Below the pieces are notes generated by a model. That model saw only the letters and a program-made list of their open reading frames with translations. It was not told the origin of the DNA and made no database searches. Below, in pieces: positions 46,688 through 55,096 of a stretch of 64,000 nucleotides of DNA; position 1 is the first letter of the stretch, and each line of letters begins with the position of its first letter. The DNA lies in sequence record NC_048779.1; one strand, given 5' to 3'. Both the position numbers and the translations under genes were made by a program.

Positions 46688-47074
46688 TTACTTAGACCCG
46701 CTGGATATTTCCATTTTGGACAATTCATCTAGCTGTTCTTCTAAACTGCGTTGTTCGGAAGATTTACCGCGACTAATGTCTGCTTGACGTCTTCGTTCCA
46801 TGAGTTCTTCAGAACCCTTGCGCATTCCTTTAACTATTTGAGCAGCGACCTTTGGAGGAAACGACATGTAAGTGTTTATGTCTCCAAAGATCTCTTTTAA
46901 CTCATAGAACGCGTAAGTGTGTGCTCGTTGTTCGATGGACCAAGGATGACTGTAATCTTTTTCATCTTCAATAAGACGAATATCATCACCGGGTTCCAGT
47001 GGTCCATTGAGTCGACCGTAAGCAGCACGATGTAAGATCAAAGCGATGGTTTGATGCTGAACATCTCCAATCAT
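46688..47074 (-). CDS. Possible T4 gp51-like tail/baseplate assembly chaperone
   Basis: YELKEIFGDINTYMSFPPKVAAQIVKGM followed by a charged helix; directly downstream of the gp26-like gene. Confidence 0.4.
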   Translation of the reverse strand: MIGDVQHQTIALILHRAAYGRLNGPLEPGDDIRLIEDEKDYSHPWSIEQRAHTYAFYELKEIFGDINTYMSFPPKVAAQIVKGMRKGSEELMERRRQADISRGKSSEQRSLEEQLDELSKMEISSGSK

Positions 47075-47142
47075 CTCTGGATCCAGCCCTTTAATTTTAT
47101 CTCGATAATGATTAAAGGACCCACCTGTTGCTAAACCGGGAA

Positions 47143-48765
47143 TCAGAGGGTGTTCACTGACACTATCCCGCGTTTGACTGACAGGTCGGAAATCGTTTGG
47201 CGGGTCAGGATGAAAAAACCCATGAATGGATCAAACGGAGTAATCCCGTGAGACGTGTGACCCCCGTTGGTGTCTTTACCACACTTAGGGCAAGTCGCGT
47301 TACTCATCCCCGTGACCACGGAAGACATCTCGGGACCGTTTTCGACACACCAACGAATCAATTTAGTCGTTGCATCGTCAGAGTTATTAATGATAGGTAA
47401 CAAACCATTAAAGAACTCCACCGGGTTCTCACTTCGAGTGAATACCTCTGGTTCTTCATCTGCACCCGGCTCTGGGAAGATCGTGAGTTCAGATGCCCAG
47501 TGTAAGTATTCAAGACCACGCACAGTGTCGATCAACACACCCAACTTTTCATCGAATGTTTTGTCATCTAACGTACTCGTACGTAGCTCACGGATCGATG
47601 GTTCGATGTACTCCATGAACGTATCGTAAGCCAAGAAGTATTCGCTTAGCGATGGTTGTTCTAGGCGAAGCTTGTGAGTGTCTTCATGGAACATAATGTC
47701 ATCGTTGCTAAGGTACTGGAACTGTTTTTGTAACTCCAATACTTCTTCGACCTTGAACTTGGTGGTGAAGTTCTTTAGGTTACCAAGCGCAGCAGCTTGT
47801 TCACCACTCAACACCGATTTGTCATGCCAAAGAAGAAGTGCAGGGTCAGCCTTAACAAAGCCGGTCCAATCACACTTATCTTGGTTACAATAAAGTTGTA
47901 CTGGAAGGCCGTCTTCTGCCAACTCTGTCATGAGTTCAATGAACAGTGCACGAATGTCACTCAGTTTGATGTAACGAGAAAGATCACGAGGATCATCCAC
48001 GTCACTAACTGAATGACTCACGATTTTCTCAGAGATGTAATTCCAGAACACTCGGTAGATTGCCGCACGAATAAGAGTCATCGAGTTACCGTTGTACTCT
48101 CTCACGTAACCATGGATTTCTTTATTGATGCGATCGATAAGACGACCTAACTCAATAATCGAACTAGGTTCTAGGCGAACTTGGATGAACGAATCACGGA
48201 ACAACACGTCGTAACCATTCGGTGTACGGCTCTTGCGTTGTGAGGAACGTTGCATGCGTTCACTAAGTGCCATGGCTTCATTCTTAATACCCGGGTAACG
48301 TGGAACCACGTCCGCTTCAATCTTACCATCCGCAATTTCACTTAGGTTCTCCCAAGGGCGATCACGCATAGACTTATGGCGGAAGTAAGGAAGTTCTACA
48401 AGGTTACGGTGGAAGCTAAGGAAATGAGACATCATCTCCTCGATCTCTTCCTCTGACATATCCGGGTAGTGCTTCTCCGCCAAATCTTTGTAGTTCTTTT
48501 TGTGACGGGTGATTTCAGCTTTAGACGCTCGTCCTTCAGAAATCGCTGCTTGGTATTGTGCCCAAGCCATTGACAGTGTCAGGATGTTGTAGAAATTATC
48601 CTTGCCTGTCCCCAACAAAATATTCAGAGACGGATCTTCACCATCCGGAAGTTTATCCATCGTGTCTAACACTGAGGGAGCATGTCCCTCTTTCATGGTT
48701 GTGTTTTCCGCGGTGTGAGTTTCACGTAGTTTAGGACGTTTGATTTCTGGTGAATCTTCAGACAT
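47143..48765 (-). CDS. Possible T4 gp26-like baseplate hub assembly protein
   Basis: IKLSDIRALFIELM...VQLYCNQDKC, LRLEQPSL and TCPKCG...FDPFMGFF parallel the T4 gp26 family pattern (by eye). Confidence 0.45.
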   Translation of the reverse strand: MSEDSPEIKRPKLRETHTAENTTMKEGHAPSVLDTMDKLPDGEDPSLNILLGTGKDNFYNILTLSMAWAQYQAAISEGRASKAEITRHKKNYKDLAEKHYPDMSEEEIEEMMSHFLSFHRNLVELPYFRHKSMRDRPWENLSEIADGKIEADVVPRYPGIKNEAMALSERMQRSSQRKSRTPNGYDVLFRDSFIQVRLEPSSIIELGRLIDRINKEIHGYVREYNGNSMTLIRAAIYRVFWNYISEKIVSHSVSDVDDPRDLSRYIKLSDIRALFIELMTELAEDGLPVQLYCNQDKCDWTGFVKADPALLLWHDKSVLSGEQAAALGNLKNFTTKFKVEEVLELQKQFQYLSNDDIMFHEDTHKLRLEQPSLSEYFLAYDTFMEYIEPSIRELRTSTLDDKTFDEKLGVLIDTVRGLEYLHWASELTIFPEPGADEEPEVFTRSENPVEFFNGLLPIINNSDDATTKLIRWCVENGPEMSSVVTGMSNATCPKCGKDTNGGHTSHGITPFDPFMGFFILTRQTISDLSVKRGIVSVNTL

Positions 48766-49483
48766 CTTTATTAGCCTTCTGCTTAATCAATTGTTCAACA
48801 CGCTCCAAGTGGATCGCGCGTGCTACGTTGTATAGGTTTTTCTCACCTCGAATATCGGAGTGGAACTCGATATCTTCGTCGATAAGATCTGAATGAACTT
48901 CTGCCAGTTCGATGAGTGGTGCAATGATCGTGTCATAGTCTTCTTGATAAGCAAGAAGCGTCGGGATAAGATCATCACCAAGCACATCATCATCCAGAAT
49001 TGCTTGTTGACGTTCAGCTTCTGGAAGCTCTTGGATTTTCTGGAAACAACCTAGGACTTTCGTCGCACCTGAAATGTACTTAAGTGTCGCTTCATCCATT
49101 TGGTCCATTAGCTCTAGCAGCTTAGGTTCTAGTGTGACTTTCTCTTGTTGAACGAGAGAATGGAGCGTGTCGACCATCGCATGAGGACGGATGTAGTAGT
49201 TCATGCCTTCACATAGCAACTCTGTCATTCCGTCGATGTCCATCGGGGTAGCGTGACCACCGTTGGTTTCAAAATCTTTGATTGCTTCTTTTTGCAACTG
49301 AGTCGGTAATTTACTGAACACTTTCCAGAATTTTTCTTTTGCTTGAGCTTTCATTTCGTCGCTCATTGCGTGTTCATCAACCAACTGTTGTGATTCTTTT
49401 AAACGGCTGCGTTGTTTAGCGGCCTTTACATTACGTTGACGGGCTTTACGTTTTGCCTGTTTATGTTTACTAATTTTTGGCAT
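48758..49483 (-). CDS. Hypothetical protein with a highly basic N-terminal arm
   Basis: MPKISKHKQAKRKARQRNVKAAKQRSRLK followed by an acidic helical body. Confidence 0.7.
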   Translation of the reverse strand: MPKISKHKQAKRKARQRNVKAAKQRSRLKESQQLVDEHAMSDEMKAQAKEKFWKVFSKLPTQLQKEAIKDFETNGGHATPMDIDGMTELLCEGMNYYIRPHAMVDTLHSLVQQEKVTLEPKLLELMDQMDEATLKYISGATKVLGCFQKIQELPEAERQQAILDDDVLGDDLIPTLLAYQEDYDTIIAPLIELAEVHSDLIDEDIEFHSDIRGEKNLYNVARAIHLERVEQLIKQKANKDV

Positions 49484-49512
49484 TTTATGTTCCTTCTAAT
49501 TAAGAGGTTATT

Positions 49513-50439
49513 ATGAACGATATGTTACCTGCGATGGATGTTACCAACGTGGATTTATTAACAAAAGACTTGGGTGAACCTTGGATTAACTTTTCCCAAG
49601 CTATTACACCAGAAAACGCTGAGTTGATTCAAAAAGTCTACACCCTCTTGGTACTGGCAGATGAAGAGAACGTTTTGGTTTCTTCCATTGCTAATATCCT
49701 GAGTGATGATGACTCGGCAGTCATTGAACAAAAAGCGATCATACTGGAGCTCTTACTAAACAATATAATTGAACAATTGGTTAAGTTTGGCATCACGGTA
49801 GATTTAGAGTACGTTGAGGCTAATAAACTGCACGTGCTGTATCAAATTACAGACGTGATTTATCTCCTCAATGGTTACGAAGATCTTCAGGGGTTGAGTG
49901 AAATCCTAGAGATGCGTGACCTCCCACCTAAAGATCGATTCATTGAATTGTTCCGTAAGATGTACGATCACGACGCCATGGATCCAATCATCGACGACCT
50001 CAACTATTTGATCCTTGAATGTTCAGAATACTTAATGGAAACGTTACGCATTAGCCTTATCGTGACGGATGCTGTACCTGAGACTCCGGATTTCATTAAA
50101 CTGCGCATTAAAACCAATGTTGGGTTTTTAAACGATACGGTTGCCGCCAAGCACGTGAGAAACAACGGTCAGCTTGGTATGGGGTTCTTGACTTTATTAA
50201 GTTTCTACCGCATGGAATTAGAGCAAGCCATGGCAACGTCACCGGAGCATTACATTAAAGAGCTCTTTGGATTTGCTTTGATCAGCGAGTTAAGTAACGA
50301 CCAATTCTGGGATCAAATCAAACGGGTTATCGAAGAGAACGTAGAAGAAGTCCAACTACTTTATCGTTCTGAACAATTAGCGGAACAAATCAAGTTACCT
50401 GAAGGGGAGAACCATGATATCGAAAATCGACTATCTTAA
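49513..50439 (+). CDS. Hypothetical acidic helical protein co-transcribed with vRNAP beta'
   Basis: 308 aa with GAGG SD; overlaps the next gene by 26 nt. Confidence 0.75.
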   Translation: MNDMLPAMDVTNVDLLTKDLGEPWINFSQAITPENAELIQKVYTLLVLADEENVLVSSIANILSDDDSAVIEQKAIILELLLNNIIEQLVKFGITVDLEYVEANKLHVLYQITDVIYLLNGYEDLQGLSEILEMRDLPPKDRFIELFRKMYDHDAMDPIIDDLNYLILECSEYLMETLRISLIVTDAVPETPDFIKLRIKTNVGFLNDTVAAKHVRNNGQLGMGFLTLLSFYRMELEQAMATSPEHYIKELFGFALISELSNDQFWDQIKRVIEENVEEVQLLYRSEQLAEQIKLPEGENHDIENRLS

Positions 50440-51712
50440 ACTTTGTTTTAAAAACCGCTGTTATCAGAAAAAAGCATGGCTGTTGAGTGTCTTTACTAAG
50501 TTGTCTGACGACGATGACACTAAGCGGATATTGAAAGATATCCGCTTTGCTATTCAGCGAGATGAAGACGGGTTTTACTTCCTACAAGACGATGGTTCCG
50601 TAGAACGCGTAGAAGGTGATTTGAGTGGTCCTTTTTGTTATAAGGACGAACGTATCACCGTTGACGAAGATCTTGATCCTAGGGTCGTAGAGCCCTTAGA
50701 ATCCACCATGGGGTTATTGTTGGTCAACCGAGTGGTCTTCTATGAAGCATTGAAGCATAACGCTCCTTACATAAACCGACTGATGGGTCGTAAGGACGTC
50801 AAACGTATCATCGACGAAGTTATGGTGGATAACCCTAAAGAAGGGGAAGTGCTTCCGGAAGGTAAATGTTCTGTTGATGACTGTCATAAAGTCACAAAAC
50901 AGTTTAACTACTTGATGGGAATGAATAACGTCTTCTGTAAAGCGGCGTCTATTCAATCGCTTACTGTTGATAAAGAACTCCTTGCCTTTAAAGCTAAGTT
51001 GTTGGAAGAAAACCCGGATGCGATTAAAGACCCGATTAAAGCATCATGGATTATCGACCAATTGGTTGCGAAGGACATGGAGATTCAACTTAATGGGGAT
51101 TCGAAAGATTTCTTCATTAATAAGAAGTTCATTGATAACGCCCGTAAACGTATGTTCTTGGCATTTGGTGCGGAACAAGACTGGAACACTGGTGAGTACA
51201 CATTCCTTCATAAGTCGCTAGATGACGGTTGGGACATGGAACATCTCCATGACTATGTTAACACCGCGATCTCTGGTTCTTACGACCGTGGTAAAGCTAC
51301 AGGTGAAGGTGGTGCGGCTGTTAAGGATACTCAGCGTCTGACGTCCCGTATCTCTATTCCAGACGACGATTGTAAAACTCGAGTTTACGAAGACGTTAAG
51401 ATGAGTGAAGACCAAGTTAAGTTGTGGACTGGCATGTATTACCTTGGTACCTCCGGTGAAATTAAACGTTGGTTAGGTAACGAGAAATCCTTAATAGGTA
51501 AAACAGTTCAATTCCGAACACCAAACGTTTGTGGGACTGGGGACGGCAACTACTGTAAGATATGTGTCGGTGATGGTCTAGCAGGTGCTTCGGACGCGAT
51601 CTCCATGGAGTGTTCTGACATACCAACAGGTTTCATGCTACAGCGAATGAAAGCCGCCCACCAAGCCAACATGTCGGTGAAGAGCTTCACTCTGGCCGAA
51701 TTATTTGAATAA
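50414..51712 (+). CDS. rpoC: Virion RNAP beta' subunit, C-terminal part (phiKZ gp80-like)
   Basis: Bridge-helix-like ISGSYDRGKATGEGGAAVK; DDCKT and RTPNVCGTGDGNYCKICVG Zn site (beta' R..L.C...C..CYG); DIPTGFMLQRMK trigger-loop region. Confidence 0.8.
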   Translation: MISKIDYLKLCFKNRCYQKKAWLLSVFTKLSDDDDTKRILKDIRFAIQRDEDGFYFLQDDGSVERVEGDLSGPFCYKDERITVDEDLDPRVVEPLESTMGLLLVNRVVFYEALKHNAPYINRLMGRKDVKRIIDEVMVDNPKEGEVLPEGKCSVDDCHKVTKQFNYLMGMNNVFCKAASIQSLTVDKELLAFKAKLLEENPDAIKDPIKASWIIDQLVAKDMEIQLNGDSKDFFINKKFIDNARKRMFLAFGAEQDWNTGEYTFLHKSLDDGWDMEHLHDYVNTAISGSYDRGKATGEGGAAVKDTQRLTSRISIPDDDCKTRVYEDVKMSEDQVKLWTGMYYLGTSGEIKRWLGNEKSLIGKTVQFRTPNVCGTGDGNYCKICVGDGLAGASDAISMECSDIPTGFMLQRMKAAHQANMSVKSFTLAELFE

Positions 51713-51789
51713 GTCCATTATATGACGCTTTAGGTGTCCTTCTTTTTGATGGGGTTGTTTGTCTCCAACTTGGAACAAACACTATTGCG

Positions 51790-51816
51790 GGGGTGGCAGT
51801 CACCCCTTCTTTTTTT
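51790..51816 (+). terminator. Intrinsic terminator
   Basis: ggggtg-gcagt-cacccc followed by ttcttttttt. Confidence 0.7.
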
Positions 51817-51838
51817 CATCAAAAAAATAAGAACAGTT

Positions 51839-51873
51839 ATAACCTCGTACTCCGTAACGGAGTACGAGGTTAT
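51839..51873. terminator. Intrinsic terminator for the convergent minus-strand operon
   Basis: 16-bp perfect inverted repeat ataacctcgtactccg/cggagtacgaggttat. Confidence 0.8.
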
Positions 51874-51884
51874 TATTGCGTTCG

Positions 51885-52325
51885 TTATTTTAGACGTAAT
51901 GCTAGGTTGCCGTTTTCACTCAGCACCCAGTTAAGTTCTTTAACGTCATTTAGGTTTTGATTAGACAACACATCCAGCTGATCGTTGTTATCAGAATTGT
52001 TACTGAAGACTTCTGTCGCTTCATGCAATAGATTAGAAATGTCTTGTTCTAATGCTTCCAACATTGACTTGTGTTCTTCTTCTGGTCGGTCTTCTGGAGC
52101 CTCACCAATGATCGCTTCACACATGTCAAGGATGCGGTTTTCTGAATCTACGTCAGGATCGTGATCTTCATCTTCTTTAAGTTCTGGTTGAACACCCATT
52201 GAAACACGACGTGCAGCAATAAGTTCTTCTAACAACAGGTTAAAGAAAAGAGTCTGGGTTTGCACCAATAGAGTGCCGTTGATTTTAGAAGCTAGAGATG
52301 GGGTACCCACAAGGTTGAATTGCAT
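51885..52325 (-). CDS. Hypothetical acidic protein
   Basis: 146 aa with AGGA SD. Confidence 0.7.
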   Translation of the reverse strand: MQFNLVGTPSLASKINGTLLVQTQTLFFNLLLEELIAARRVSMGVQPELKEDEDHDPDVDSENRILDMCEAIIGEAPEDRPEEEHKSMLEALEQDISNLLHEATEVFSNNSDNNDQLDVLSNQNLNDVKELNWVLSENGNLALRLK

Positions 52326-52337
52326 GGGAGATTCCTT

Positions 52338-52745
52338 TTAATTTTTAATTAATGAATGAGGTAAACTTACTAACAATAGAATGTTAGTCATAACAGGAGA
52401 ACACAATATTGAATGAATTTCCCCTGTCCCGTATAACGTGGTTAACGTGTTTAATGAATCAATGTTCGCCGGACCCAATATGACGTCTTCAAGAAACTCA
52501 TACAGGTCAGCGTAAACTTGATCGAATGCAAAGGAATAAGACATCATCCCGTGCATACCATCCAGTTCGTCCATCACAGATTCCACTACCGAAGCAAGTA
52601 TGGTGGGTTGATAAGAACCGTGTTGGAAAATTTCTCTCACTGCACATTCGATGACTCGTTGGTATGTTTCATGAGAGATGTACTCGTTGTTAGGGAATAC
52701 ATGTGTAAATACTACACTTAAGATTTTTGGATTGTTTGTTTCCAT
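52338..52745 (-). CDS. Hypothetical acidic protein
   Basis: 135 aa with GGAGG SD. Confidence 0.7.
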   Translation of the reverse strand: METNNPKILSVVFTHVFPNNEYISHETYQRVIECAVREIFQHGSYQPTILASVVESVMDELDGMHGMMSYSFAFDQVYADLYEFLEDVILGPANIDSLNTLTTLYGTGEIHSILCSPVMTNILLLVSLPHSLIKN

Positions 52746-53155
52746 GTCTCACCTCCGGGTGGATCTATGGTGACTTGCAACAACCCCCAATTACCGGATA
52801 GTTTCTTTATGTCGACGTCTCTAATGTTCTGCATGTACATATAACGAAGTTCTGGATGATTACCTAGTACTTCGTTTAGCAAGTCCTTAGAATCGCTCAT
52901 GGCTTGAAAGAAACGGTTTTCTATATCAGCCAGTAGAACGTAGTCGTCCATGTTTTCATGAAACTTAGGGTTATAGGTTTCCAACACATTCTCCACCGAT
53001 AACTCCAAATCATCATGGAGTTCATCGGGTGTCATTTTCGTGGAAATTAATAACCCGGATAAGTGTTCCAGTGTAATATCAAATACCTCGTCTGGATAAC
53101 CATACTCGTTATTGATGTTCACGAAAATTTCCATAGTGTTAGCCTTGGTTGTCAT
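52718..53155 (-). CDS. Hypothetical acidic protein
   Basis: 145 aa; overlaps its neighbours. Confidence 0.7.
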   Translation of the reverse strand: MTTKANTMEIFVNINNEYGYPDEVFDITLEHLSGLLISTKMTPDELHDDLELSVENVLETYNPKFHENMDDYVLLADIENRFFQAMSDSKDLLNEVLGNHPELRYMYMQNIRDVDIKKLSGNWGLLQVTIDPPGGETWKQTIQKS

Positions 53156-53510
53156 GGTTGGGTTCTTGTCTCAAGCAGAACGTTATTTGTACGAAGTTTT
53201 TACTAGTGGTAGTTTCCTCCAAAGTATAACCCTCTGAGAAGTTAAGAATAAGTTGTTCTCCGAACTGACGACCTTCGTCTTCGGTCTTTAGAAGTTGGTG
53301 AAGAGACTCAATGAGTTCTTCTTTCCATTCCGGTAGTTCGTCGTATGAGAACGGTGGTTGGATGTTATTTGGGTGATCTTCAAGGAATAAGTTAGCAAGA
53401 AGCTTTAATGAATTGACTTCCGTGAAGAGAGAATAATAGGTGGTATTGATCAACAGGTTTAGCTTAATGTTTCTTAATAACGGTGACATAACAATAACTC
53501 CATTGTACAC
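53139..53510 (-). CDS. Hypothetical protein
   Basis: 123 aa; the real start is probably MSPLL after GGAG. Confidence 0.65.
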   Translation of the reverse strand: MYNGVIVMSPLLRNIKLNLLINTTYYSLFTEVNSLKLLANLFLEDHPNNIQPPFSYDELPEWKEELIESLHQLLKTEDEGRQFGEQLILNFSEGYTLEETTTSKNFVQITFCLRQEPNHDNQG

Positions 53511-53514
53511 ATAA

Positions 53515-53548
53515 ATAATATCGACCTGAAATTACTTCAGGTCGATAT
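53515..53548 (-). promoter_or_regulatory. 13-bp inverted repeat containing the promoter motif TTTCA-GGTCG-ATATTAT; possible terminator/promoter junction
   Basis: atatcgacctgaa-attac-ttcaggtcgatat directly after the helicase stop. Confidence 0.55.
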
Positions 53549-53555
53549 CGGTGGG

Positions 53556-55088
53556 CTAAGTAATGTGGTGGAAAGAATTGATGTTTCGATGTGACTTGGA
53601 CTTCACAGAGAACAACTCTTTTCGCTTCTGGTGGTACTCTTTCTGCTTAGGTATAGAACTACACACAAAGTAGACGAACTTAGGATTATCACCCGGGTAG
53701 TTCTTCAACGGACGCGTACGACCTAACATCTGATCATTACGCTGTCTAGACGAACAAGCATACGGACTGAACGCTACCGCCAAGTCTGGGATGTCTTTAC
53801 CGGTACCACAGGACTGCGGTGTTGTAAAGACGACTTGATGTTCCATGTAGGACATTTCCGTTTCTTTGTTCTTAGACTCCGTATTAGTGAACTTCCAGAT
53901 ATCCATGTCTGGATATGCTTTCTCAAAGTCCTCTTTCATCCGAGTTGCCATTTCCACAGTACTGAAGAACCACAAACACTTCTGACCTTCTTTATGGTCA
54001 TTCACGTAAAATTCTTCAAAGGCTTGTTTACACAAACCAAGGTACTGGTCGTACAACTTAGGATTTTTGAGTATGGCTTGTTCATACTTGACATGAGAAT
54101 ACCCACCAAATCCTTTGGTGTTGATACGGTATTTCTGCATGTCGATATAGTGATGATACGCCACTACATCGATGAACTTTTTGTACTCAGGTTCTTTGAG
54201 TCGCATCTTGGGTGGATACACGTAACGATAAATATCGTTAACAAAAGCATCATCCGCTTTGAGTGTCGCTGAGAGTGCGATGGTCTTTTCGAAGTTCCCA
54301 AACAACATCGACATGTACACGCGATAAATATCCTCGTGTGCTTCATCCATGATTCGGAGACCAATTTCCATATCGTTAAAGACTTCGTCTAGACATGGGA
54401 TCTCTTCTTCACGTTCACGTTTTAAATACGTGTCATATCGAGTTAGGGGTAAGATAATGATTTTAGGGTCCGCTTTACCTTCTTTAATGGTTTGTGCAGC
54501 TTCCTCTATCTTACCATTACCGACTAACATGATGTCTTCTGGGAGCAACTCAACGGAGTTACCCAACGATTCAAACCAAATGGAGACATAGCGTGGGAGA
54601 CATGTGATTAAAGTACGCTTACCGGTATTCACCATGGTATGCGTCGCCATAAAGGTCTTCCCATCGCCTGTCTGAGCGTTGTTCACCTTAACCGGACCAT
54701 CAGCTAGCTGATACTCACACCAGTCCTCCTGATGCGGTCTAGGTGCTCCCCAGCCCTCTTTCCATTTAAACTCAACGTCCTTCCCTTTGATGACCGGTTC
54801 GTCTTTAATCTGAACACGTGATTGCTTGTAACCAACTCCTTCCATAAACTGGATGAAGTCGTCAAGTAACCCCGCCGAGATTCTAAACTCACTTCGGTCA
54901 TTGTTCATACGAGCGAAAGAATGTGTAACTACAGTACGTTTTTGTCTAGTCCCGGGGATTGGTTCTTGACCCAAACGATATAAGCGCCGTCGACAAAACG
55001 GCATGATGACGTCTTTTACGAACGGCGCTTTGTAGTCTGTTATTCTTAGGTAAGTCCCGCCCTTCCACACAGTTACAGTAGAGCGCAT
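53556..55088 (-). CDS. Superfamily 2 helicase (phiKZ gp75-like)
   Basis: PRPHQ (Q motif), AQTGDGKT (motif I), IMDEAHE (motif II), LSAT (motif III), GTGKDIP (motif V) and QMLGRTR (motif VI). Confidence 0.9.
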   Translation of the reverse strand: MRSTVTVWKGGTYLRITDYKAPFVKDVIMPFCRRRLYRLGQEPIPGTRQKRTVVTHSFARMNNDRSEFRISAGLLDDFIQFMEGVGYKQSRVQIKDEPVIKGKDVEFKWKEGWGAPRPHQEDWCEYQLADGPVKVNNAQTGDGKTFMATHTMVNTGKRTLITCLPRYVSIWFESLGNSVELLPEDIMLVGNGKIEEAAQTIKEGKADPKIIILPLTRYDTYLKREREEEIPCLDEVFNDMEIGLRIMDEAHEDIYRVYMSMLFGNFEKTIALSATLKADDAFVNDIYRYVYPPKMRLKEPEYKKFIDVVAYHHYIDMQKYRINTKGFGGYSHVKYEQAILKNPKLYDQYLGLCKQAFEEFYVNDHKEGQKCLWFFSTVEMATRMKEDFEKAYPDMDIWKFTNTESKNKETEMSYMEHQVVFTTPQSCGTGKDIPDLAVAFSPYACSSRQRNDQMLGRTRPLKNYPGDNPKFVYFVCSSIPKQKEYHQKRKELFSVKSKSHRNINSFHHIT

Positions 55089-55096
55089 GTTACCTC

